A stretch of 64,000 bases of DNA, from positions 490 to 64,489 of the forward strand of contig JAJTEY010000013.1 of the NCBI GenBank assembly GCA_021299855.1. Direction: 5' to 3'. The notes beneath the pieces are model-generated. The model was not told the DNA's origin. It saw only the letters and a program-made list of their open reading frames with translations, and searched no databases. Below, piece by piece: positions 56,824 to 64,000 of the stretch (position 1 is the first letter of the stretch; the number at the start of each line of letters is the position of its first letter). The translations under genes and the position numbers were made by a program. The DNA is from Bacteroidota bacterium (lineage in GTDB: Bacteria > Bacteroidota > Bacteroidia > Palsa-965).

Positions 56824-58113
56824 ATGAGTACAATTACGGGAAAAGCACAGCAGGCAGCAGAAATGGCCGAATCATTAATTGGTTCCGAGATCATTAAACT
56901 GGCCGGAGAAATTAACGAAAAGATCAAGAACGGTGAACGTATTTACAACTTCACGATCGGAGATTTTAATCCCAAGATTTTCCCTATTCCTACTGAACTT
57001 AAAGCTGCTATTGTTGATGCATATACCAACGACGAAACGAATTACCCCGCTGCGGATGGTGTACTTGAATTGCGAAAAGCTGTTTCCAATTTGATCGAAC
57101 AACGCCAAGGATTAAAATATGACGCTTCGGAAGTTTTGATTGCAGGTGGCGCACGTCCCGTGATTTATGCGATTTACAGAACCGTATTAAATCCCGGCGA
57201 AAAAGTGTTGTTTCCGGTTCCAAGCTGGAATAACAATCACTATACGCACTTAACAACCGGCGCATACTCCAATCAGATTTTTATTGAAACTACGCCTGAA
57301 AATAATTTCATGCCCACTGCGGAAGAATTACAACCGCACTTGTCGGAAGTTGGATTGGTGGCTTTATGTTCACCATTAAACCCAACAGGAACGGTGTTTT
57401 CAAAAGAAGGTCTGTTAGCCATTTGTGATGCTATCCTGCAAGAAAATAAACGTCGTGGCACGCATCAAAAGCCATTGTATCTGATGTATGACCAGATTTA
57501 CTGGGCATTGACATTCGGCGAAACAAAGCACTACGATCCGGTTTCTCTTCGTCCTGAAATGCGTCCTTACACGATTTTTGTGGATGGTATTTCCAAGTCG
57601 CTGGCAGCAACCGGTGTGCGCGTGGGCTGGGCTATGGGACCGAAGCCGATTGTAGATAAAATGAAATCGATTCTATCGCACGTGGGTGCATGGGCTCCGA
57701 AAGCGGAACAAGTTGCAACCGCAAACTACTTATCAAATCTAGATCAATACGATGGCTTCATCGATCACATTCGTGCTGAAGTCAGTACACGCTTAACGAA
57801 AATTCATGCCGGCTTCCAACAACTGCGTGCGAAAGGTTATGCGGTAAATTCAATTGCGCCTCAAGCTGCAATTTATTTGACCATTCAATTGGCATTACAC
57901 GGGAAAAAAACTACCGACGGCAAAGTATTAAACACCACAAAAGATGTAACGCGTTACATTTTGGACGAAGCTAAAATGGCTGTTGTGCCGTTCTACGCAT
58001 TTGGTGCATCTGATGATTCGAGCTGGTATCGTTTATCGGTGGGCACATGCAAAGTAGAAGAGATTGATGCCTTGATGAACAACCTGGAACGCGCGCTTTC
58101 TAAACTGTCGTAA
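56824..58113 (+). CDS. Class I/II PLP-dependent aminotransferase (aspartate-aminotransferase-like)
   Basis: The protein starts MSTITGKAQQ, followed by ...NFTIGDFN...YPAADG...PSWNNN...VDGISKSLAATGVRVGW (PLP Lys). Confidence 0.85.
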   Translation: MSTITGKAQQAAEMAESLIGSEIIKLAGEINEKIKNGERIYNFTIGDFNPKIFPIPTELKAAIVDAYTNDETNYPAADGVLELRKAVSNLIEQRQGLKYDASEVLIAGGARPVIYAIYRTVLNPGEKVLFPVPSWNNNHYTHLTTGAYSNQIFIETTPENNFMPTAEELQPHLSEVGLVALCSPLNPTGTVFSKEGLLAICDAILQENKRRGTHQKPLYLMYDQIYWALTFGETKHYDPVSLRPEMRPYTIFVDGISKSLAATGVRVGWAMGPKPIVDKMKSILSHVGAWAPKAEQVATANYLSNLDQYDGFIDHIRAEVSTRLTKIHAGFQQLRAKGYAVNSIAPQAAIYLTIQLALHGKKTTDGKVLNTTKDVTRYILDEAKMAVVPFYAFGASDDSSWYRLSVGTCKVEEIDALMNNLERALSKLS

Positions 58114-58118
58114 TTATT

Positions 58119-59207
58119 ATGAAAAACAGATATTGTGTGATTATGGCGGGCGGCGTAGGAACACGCTTTTGGCCCATGAGTCGCACGGCACATCCGAAAC
58201 AATTTATCGACGTACTCGGCATCGGTCGCACGTTGTTGCAATCTACCTTCGATCGTTCGTTAAAGATTTGTTCCGCAAAAAATATTTTTGTTGTCACTAA
58301 CGAGAGTTACAAGGCACTAGTGCGCGAGCAATTACCGGAACTTCCGGAGGAAAATATTTTGTGTGAACCTGCGCGTAAAAATACTGCACCGTGTGTTGCC
58401 TACGCGGCATGGAAAATTCACAGCATCAATCCAGATGCAACCATGGTTGTCGCGCCTTCCGATCATTTAATCATGAAGGAAGATACGTATGTAAAAGCGA
58501 TCAAATCGTGCATGAAACAAGCCGAAGACTCGCAGGATTTGATTACGATCGGCATTAAGCCAACACGTCCCGATACCGGTTACGGCTACATTCAGTTTGT
58601 GGAGATGAACCCGAAGAGTTCGGACTCCCGCATGAAAAAAGTAAAAACCTTTACTGAAAAGCCTGATCTGGAAATGGCGAAGTTCTTTTTACAGAGTGGT
58701 GATTTCTTGTGGAATGCCGGAATTTTTGTGTGGACCGCGAAAGCAATTCAGAAAGCGTTTGATGAGTACATGCCGGAAATGGCATCTATTTTTAATGAAG
58801 GGGAAGGCAAATGGGGAACTGCGGAAGAAGATGCGTTCCTGCGTGATGCTTACGCCCGTTGTAAAAACATCTCTATCGATTACGCGATTATGGAAAAAGC
58901 TACCAATGTATTGGTGCGTTCCTCCATCATCGGTTGGTCGGACCTGGGAACGTGGGGATCATTGTTCACGCACATTAGACACGATGAGAACAATAATGCT
59001 GTTGTAGGCAAACACGTGATGATGTACGACTCCAAAAACTGTGTGGTACACATGCCGAAAGACAAACTGGTTGTGATTGAAGGATTGGATGATTACATCG
59101 TGGTGGAATCCGACAACATTCTCCTGATATGCAAAATGCAGGACGAACAACAAATTCGCGCATTTGTGAACGATGTGAAAATAACTAAAGGTGAAAAATT
59201 CGTGTAA
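58119..59207 (+). CDS. Mannose-1-phosphate guanylyltransferase
   Basis: VIMAGGVGTRFWPMSR...PKQF...EPARKNTAPC...GYGYI...FTEKPD...LWNAGIFVW. Confidence 0.85.
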   Translation: MKNRYCVIMAGGVGTRFWPMSRTAHPKQFIDVLGIGRTLLQSTFDRSLKICSAKNIFVVTNESYKALVREQLPELPEENILCEPARKNTAPCVAYAAWKIHSINPDATMVVAPSDHLIMKEDTYVKAIKSCMKQAEDSQDLITIGIKPTRPDTGYGYIQFVEMNPKSSDSRMKKVKTFTEKPDLEMAKFFLQSGDFLWNAGIFVWTAKAIQKAFDEYMPEMASIFNEGEGKWGTAEEDAFLRDAYARCKNISIDYAIMEKATNVLVRSSIIGWSDLGTWGSLFTHIRHDENNNAVVGKHVMMYDSKNCVVHMPKDKLVVIEGLDDYIVVESDNILLICKMQDEQQIRAFVNDVKITKGEKFV

Positions 59208-59656
59208 TGAGATTAGCAGTAGCGATAGTTATAGTGCTTGTTCTAGCGGCTTGTTCTAACACGAACGAAACAGAAAAGAATGTGGCATTAGATCCGATTG
59301 GTGTTTGGAAAATTCACAACATCATTGAGAATAACGAAATCACTTTAACGATTCGTGAAGACTCGGTGATGTTGTTCAAAGCCAAAAAGACTTTTTGTCC
59401 GGGAACTAAATATTTCGTGGGAGTAGGACAATGGAGAATAATCCAGGACTCTATCCTCATCATGACACAATTCACGGACAAGAGACAATATCAGTTGCAA
59501 GATATTTTTCCAGAATTGGTGCAGGAACAAAAGGACTCAGCAAATGTTGTGGCGTTGGATATGGAGATGAAATTGATTGCCACGAAAGACCAATTATACG
59601 ACATTGAAAACGGCAACAAGCGCTCTACGTTGCGTTTCTACGATCGCGTGAAATAA
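59207..59656 (+). CDS. Lipoprotein, unknown function
   Basis: Lipobox MRLAVAIVIVLVLAAC. 149 aa. The start overlaps the upstream stop. Confidence 0.6.
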   Translation: MRLAVAIVIVLVLAACSNTNETEKNVALDPIGVWKIHNIIENNEITLTIREDSVMLFKAKKTFCPGTKYFVGVGQWRIIQDSILIMTQFTDKRQYQLQDIFPELVQEQKDSANVVALDMEMKLIATKDQLYDIENGNKRSTLRFYDRVK

Positions 59657-60247
59657 TCAGCGGCGTCTTTTAGCTTCTCCGCGGTACGCACCGGAGAAAT
59701 ACAAATCCAATCGCACACCAATTAGAGACTGTCGTCCGTTAATCTCTGCAAAAAAGGCAGGGCCGAAACCGACATCATATTTCCATTTGCGGATGTACTG
59801 AATTTCCACAATTCCACCCACTTCATTGTACGGCGTATTTTCGTACACGCCTGCGTACAAGAACTTATAACCTGTACTGTAAGACAATCCGCCCATCAAC
59901 GCGAGATTATAATTTTCCGTTTCCTTCCTGTAAGGAATCCATCCACCGTGTACCTGATAATTATTCCACAAGCCGAATTCGTCACCGGAAATTTGTCCGC
60001 CTAAACGGAAATAATATTGTTTGATGTGAAAATTATAATTCACCCCAACCGCTATTTGCGTGCGGGGATTTGCCGAATGATAAGCAGGACCCGCACCACC
60101 TGAAATCCAGTTATTGTAAACACGGAATCTTTTGTTGTTGATCAGAATTTCCTTTTTGAGATCAATCGGAACAGTATCACGTTGCGCCCAAACCTGCACA
60201 GGCAAGTAGAGCATCATCAACAACAGTACTGTTTTAAAAATATTCAT
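59657..60247 (-). CDS. Secreted or outer-membrane beta-rich protein, unknown function
   Basis: Signal MNIFKTVLLLMMLYLPVQVWAQ. The sequence is Gly/Tyr/Asn-rich. 196 aa. Confidence 0.6.
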   Translation of the reverse strand: MNIFKTVLLLMMLYLPVQVWAQRDTVPIDLKKEILINNKRFRVYNNWISGGAGPAYHSANPRTQIAVGVNYNFHIKQYYFRLGGQISGDEFGLWNNYQVHGGWIPYRKETENYNLALMGGLSYSTGYKFLYAGVYENTPYNEVGGIVEIQYIRKWKYDVGFGPAFFAEINGRQSLIGVRLDLYFSGAYRGEAKRRR

Positions 60248-60260
60248 CGTGGTTAAATAT

Positions 60261-60290
60261 AAGAAAGTCGCACCCGCTGATGCGACTTTC
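60261..60290 (-). terminator. Terminator hairpin after fumC
   Basis: Perfect 10-bp stem AGAAAGTCGC/GCGACTTTCT with a 10-nt loop. T-rich flanks on both strands make it potentially bidirectional. Confidence 0.7.
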
Positions 60291-60302
60291 TTTTGTAACT
60301 GG

Positions 60303-61700
60303 TTATTTCATGCTTCCAACCATATCTTCCGGACGCACCCACTGGTCGAACTGCTCGTTAGTTACGTAGCCCAAACCAACAGCCGCTTCGCGCAATGTTG
60401 TGCCTTCTTTGTGTGCCTTTTTCGCAATCTCCGCTGCCTTGTAGTAACCAATATGCGGGTTGAGAGAAGTCACCAGCATCAAGGAATTTTCCAAATGACG
60501 CTGAATGATGGCATGATTCGCTTCAATACCAACAGCGCACTTGTTCGTGAATGAAACACAAGCATCACCCAACAAACGTGCGCTTTGCAAAACGTTATAC
60601 GCAATCAACGGTTTGAATACGTTCAACTCGAAATGTCCGTTACTACCACCGATAGAAACCGCAACATCATTGCCCATCACCTGAGCGCATACCATGGTTA
60701 AAGCTTCCGGCTGTGTCGGGTTTACTTTACCCGGCATGATGGAAGAACCCGGCTCGTTATCCGGAATAATAATTTCACCGATTCCTGAACGCGGACCCGA
60801 CGACAACATGCGAATATCATTCGCTACTTTCATCAGTGCTACAGCAGCGCGCTTCAATGCTCCGGACAATTCAACCATCGCATCATGTGCCGCTAATGCT
60901 TCAAATTTATTAGGCGCAGTAACAAAGGGCAATCCTGTAAATTCAGCGATTTTCTTAGCAACCAAAACATCATAACCGTTAGGCGTATTCAATCCTGTCC
61001 CCACTGCTGTGCCGCCCAATGCCAATTCACGCACCATTTCCAGCGCATTTTTAATGCAACGAATGCTGTTGTTGATCTGCTGCACATATCCCGAAAACTC
61101 CTGACCCAATGTTAATGGAGTGGCATCCATAAAATGCGTACGACCTGTTTTCACTACGTTAGAAAACTCGCGCGCCTTTGCATCCAGCGCATCACGTAAT
61201 TTTTCCAAGCCCGGAATAGTTACCTCCACTGCCATTTTGTAAGCAGCGATGTGCATTGCAGTTGGGTAGGTGTCGTTCGACGACTGCGACTTGTTCACGT
61301 CATCATTTGGATTTAAAATTTTCTTTTCATCCGTTAACTGTCCACCACTGATAACGTGAGCACGATAAGCAACTACTTCATTCACGTTCATGTTACTCTG
61401 CGTTCCCGAACCCGTTTGCCAGATCACCAACGGAAACTGATCGTCGAGTTTACCGATAAGAATTTCATCGCACACTTGCGAAATCATATCACGCTTATCA
61501 GCAGGCAACACGCCCAGATCGTGGTTCGCATGTGCCGCAGCTTTTTTCAAGTATGCAAATGCGTAAATAATTTCCTTCGGCATACTGGCCTCCGGTCCGA
61601 TTTTGAAATTGTTGCGGGAACGTTCGGTTTGCGCACCCCAGTATTTGTCGGCTGGCACTTGCACCTCGCCCATGGTGTCTTTTTCGATACGGTAGTTCAT
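60303..61700 (-). CDS. fumC: Class II fumarate hydratase
   Basis: 465 aa with the [11 protein letters not shown] signature. It starts [16 protein letters not shown]. Confidence 0.95.
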   Translation of the reverse strand: MNYRIEKDTMGEVQVPADKYWGAQTERSRNNFKIGPEASMPKEIIYAFAYLKKAAAHANHDLGVLPADKRDMISQVCDEILIGKLDDQFPLVIWQTGSGTQSNMNVNEVVAYRAHVISGGQLTDEKKILNPNDDVNKSQSSNDTYPTAMHIAAYKMAVEVTIPGLEKLRDALDAKAREFSNVVKTGRTHFMDATPLTLGQEFSGYVQQINNSIRCIKNALEMVRELALGGTAVGTGLNTPNGYDVLVAKKIAEFTGLPFVTAPNKFEALAAHDAMVELSGALKRAAVALMKVANDIRMLSSGPRSGIGEIIIPDNEPGSSIMPGKVNPTQPEALTMVCAQVMGNDVAVSIGGSNGHFELNVFKPLIAYNVLQSARLLGDACVSFTNKCAVGIEANHAIIQRHLENSLMLVTSLNPHIGYYKAAEIAKKAHKEGTTLREAAVGLGYVTNEQFDQWVRPEDMVGSMK

Positions 61701-61727
61701 AGTGTGTGTTTATTGAGTTCTATTAAG

Positions 61728-62838
61728 TTATTTATTTACTTCCACATGCCAGCTGGCGCCGTATTCCATCAAATACGATTTAATAAACGGCATCAAATTT
61801 CCATCCAACACGCCTTGTGCATCGGATGTTTCAAAATCAGTACGCAGATCTTTCACCAGCTTGTACGGATGTAATACGTAGTTACGAATTTGTGATCCCC
61901 ACTCGATTTTTTTCATTCCACCGCGAATTTGTGCTGCAGTTTCCATGCGTTTTCGCATTTCCATTTCATACAACTGCGATTTCAGCAACTGCATGGCATT
62001 TTCACGGTTCTGATGTTGCGAACGCGACTCCTGGTTTTTAATCACAATACCCGTTGGCTTGTGATACAGTCGTACTGCGGTTTCCACTTTGTTTACGTTC
62101 TGACCGCCTGCTCCACCCGAACGGAAGGTTTCCCATTCAACATCGGAAGGATTGATGTCAATCTGAATCGTATCGTCAATTAACGGATAAACATACACCG
62201 AAGCGAAAGACGTGTGGCGGCGTGCATTGGAGTCGAACGGAGAAATACGCACCAAACGATGCACGCCGTTTTCGCCTTTCAGATATCCGAACGCATTCTC
62301 GCCTTCAAATTCCAACGTAACCGATTTCACGCCGGCTGTTTCACCTTCCTGAATGTCTACTTCTTTAATGCGATACCCGTGCTTTTCTCCCCACATAATG
62401 TACATGCGCATGAGCATTGCCGTCCAGTCACAGCTTTCTGTTCCGCCTGCACCGGAATTAATCGTCAGCACGGCATTCAGTCGGTCTTCCGTACCGCTCA
62501 GCATGTTTTTAAATTCCAGATCTTCCAGCTTATTGGCCGTCTCGTTGAATTGCTGCTCCAGATCGCTTTCTGAAGCATCGCCGGCTTTGAAGAATTCGTA
62601 CATCACAGAAAGATCGTCCACACTCTTTTCCAGATCGGCAAAGGTGTCGGTCCATTCTTTTTTCTTACGAATTTCTTTCATGAGTTGCTCCGCACGCTTA
62701 GCGTCGTCCCAAAAACCGGGCGCCTGCGTTTGGGCTTCCTCTTCTCTAATTTTTCTCAGCTTCGCATCGATGTCAAAGATGCCCCCTTAACGCATCCTTG
62801 CGCTCTGCTAAAGCCTTAATTTGCTCTACAGTTATCAT
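61728..62838 (-). CDS. prfB: Peptide chain release factor 2, expressed through a programmed +1 ribosomal frameshift
   Basis: Frame 0 from ATG 62838 reads [21 protein letters not shown] then TGA (62773..62775). The +1 frame continues [15 protein letters not shown]... through SPF and GGQ ([16 protein letters not shown]) to the stop at 61728. Total about 369 aa. Confidence 0.9.
62773..62787 (-). promoter_or_regulatory. prfB +1 frameshift site (SD-like AGGGGG, 3-nt spacer, CTT TGA C)
   Basis: The minus strand reads AGGGGG CAT CTT TGA C. This is the same architecture as the classical RF2 recoding site. Confidence 0.85.
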
Positions 62839-62843
62839 GGGCG

Positions 62844-62851
62844 CAAAGGTA
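62844..62851 (-). promoter_or_regulatory. -7 promoter box (TAnnTTTG) for prfB
   Basis: The minus strand reads TACCTTTG, 5 nt before ATG 62838. Confidence 0.5.
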
Positions 62852-62927
62852 ATTATTACTTCGGGTTGGGTGACGTTTAATTGTACCCTGAAGCAATAAA
62901 TTGTGCCACCACCAAACTGTTTACCGC

Positions 62928-62935
62928 TATCTTTG
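62928..62935 (+). promoter_or_regulatory. -7 promoter box (TAnnTTTG)
   Basis: TATCTTTG lies 4 nt before ATG 62940. Confidence 0.5.
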
Positions 62936-62939
62936 CAGC

Positions 62940-63431
62940 ATGAATGAGCCGCTACATCCGCATTTTGTGTTGTCCGACGGAATGTATTGCCACGTGATGC
63001 CTGAAGGACTGATAGTTTCCAAAAAACAATTACCGAAAGAAACACCTGTACAACGAACCAATCCGGAATGGTTGTGGGTGATTTTATTATTTATCGGAGC
63101 AGGTATTTTCGGATTCTTTTTCGTCATGTCCATTATTGCGCACTACTATGTAGTATCGTTTATGGTTGGCGTGGGCTTGGCATTTCTAAGTTGGAATGCG
63201 GTAAAATTAATCGGCTATACCTCTACACTATTTATTGCACGCGAAGATATTTTAGGAGTAACGTATCACAGCAAATCGTTTGGCTATGATAGTTTCATAG
63301 TGCGTTATGCCGGACCGAATGGCAAAGTATTGAAACGTCGATTCATCATTTACGACTCGCAAGAATGTTTGACGCAAGCATTAACCGTAATGACCGAACA
63401 AGGGTGGTTAGTTGCTAAAACGACGCCGTAA
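62940..63431 (+). CDS. Two-TM membrane protein, unknown function
   Basis: The protein starts MNEPLHPHFVL. It has central hydrophobic helices (WLWVILLFIGAGIFGFFFVMSII; VVSFMVGVGLAFLSW). About 163 aa. Confidence 0.6.
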   Translation: MNEPLHPHFVLSDGMYCHVMPEGLIVSKKQLPKETPVQRTNPEWLWVILLFIGAGIFGFFFVMSIIAHYYVVSFMVGVGLAFLSWNAVKLIGYTSTLFIAREDILGVTYHSKSFGYDSFIVRYAGPNGKVLKRRFIIYDSQECLTQALTVMTEQGWLVAKTTP

Positions 63432-63927
63432 ATACAAAGTGCCGCTCTTGCGCCAGCAGCACTCGTCCGCGTATGTAATACAAGAGGTCGTGAATGACTT
63501 GCTCCTCTGTAGTTTCAAAACGACCCAAGGCAATTTCTTCATCAATACGATTGATCAAGTTTTGCGTACTTTCCATGTACACCGGGCGATTCGTGACAGT
63601 TCCCAGCTGCTCAAAAAAATCCTCTTCCGATGGCAAAAACACTGATGTTCCGTCCGGCGCAATTTTGTTCCAGGCATCATTAGGAATAGTTCCGCAAAAT
63701 CCATCATCCCATATTTCCAACACTTCCGACTCTTTAAAACCGCTCATTTCATCAATATCCACTTCATTATTACGCAAGGTGAAGCGCAACACCTTTCCGT
63801 GTATGACCTCTACAATTTGATCACAGTAACGCAACCGCAACAACACGCGAATATTTCCGATCACCTCATCTCTGGAAAAATCGTGAGGTAATAAACCCTG
63901 AATACCGAAACCATAAGCCACGCTCAT
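63415..63927 (-). CDS. Hypothetical acidic cytoplasmic protein (170 aa), family not recognised
   Basis: Long ORF with an ATG start 3 nt after the stop of the upstream partial gene. No signal peptide or TM segment. Confidence 0.5.
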   Translation of the reverse strand: MSVAYGFGIQGLLPHDFSRDEVIGNIRVLLRLRYCDQIVEVIHGKVLRFTLRNNEVDIDEMSGFKESEVLEIWDDGFCGTIPNDAWNKIAPDGTSVFLPSEEDFFEQLGTVTNRPVYMESTQNLINRIDEEIALGRFETTEEQVIHDLLYYIRGRVLLAQERHFVFTASF

Positions 63928-63930
63928 ACC

Positions 63931-64000
63931 CTACTCGTTTTGATTTTTAAATAAATCCCAAATCAAATCTTGTTCAAACCCTTTGCTTGCCAAATATCGC
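63931..64000 (-). CDS. 3' end of an unidentified gene (partial at the window edge)
   Basis: The minus-strand frame reads ...RYLASKGFEQDLIWDLFKNQNE then TAG at 63931..63933. Confidence 0.35.
   Translation of the reverse strand, partial: RYLASKGFEQDLIWDLFKNQNE

Noticed and set aside
62839-63045. Upstream part of ORF 62773..63045 (MFLSVIVFWKL...)
   Set aside because: This is read-through of the open frame upstream of the real prfB ATG (62838), across the prfB -7 box. Only the last 21 codons belong to RF2.
1-64000. Scan for CRISPR arrays, transposases, integrases, rRNA and restriction or defence modules
   Set aside because: I saw no regularly spaced repeats, no recognisable recombinase or transposase motifs in any long ORF, and no rRNA-like sequence. 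Apart from the bacteriocin cassette, the window looks like core chromosome.

Overview
This is a 64-kb chromosomal window from a Bacteroidota genome. The assignment rests on three proteins with T9SS C-terminal sorting domains, recurrent TAnnTTTG -7 promoter boxes and the absence of Shine-Dalgarno-type leaders. I count about 50 protein genes and one tRNA (Phe-GAA). I saw no rRNA, CRISPR array, integrase or transposase. Most of the window is housekeeping: coaX, LptC-like, PpiD-like, purH-mreBCD-mrdA-rodA, mfd, an acyl-CoA carboxyltransferase, fbp, lysC, mgtE, rsmA, serS, rplU-rpmA, kynU plus kynurenine 3-monooxygenase, hemL, gcvP, mlaEF-like, feoAB, fumC, and prfB with its programmed +1 frameshift. 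The most unusual locus is a two-gene cassette at 25208..26806. It encodes a lipoprotein precursor whose C-terminal 8-Cys core closely resembles the bacteriocin fulvocin C, followed by a 5-TM-anchored CxxC thioredoxin protein. The cassette abuts a DUF2807/beta-barrel gene that has lost its start codon and signal peptide. Smaller oddities:
- a SiaC-like (DUF1987) ORF with no usable start codon
- a frameshifted T9SS cargo gene
- a tandem duplication of the tRNA-Phe 3' end plus terminator
- at least 8 genes whose -7 box lies 3-6 nt from the ATG, predicting leaderless mRNAs
- a structured intergenic element
- a 44-codon Cys-containing lipoprotein ORF upstream of feoAB

All family assignments come from reading motifs by eye. 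No searches were run.
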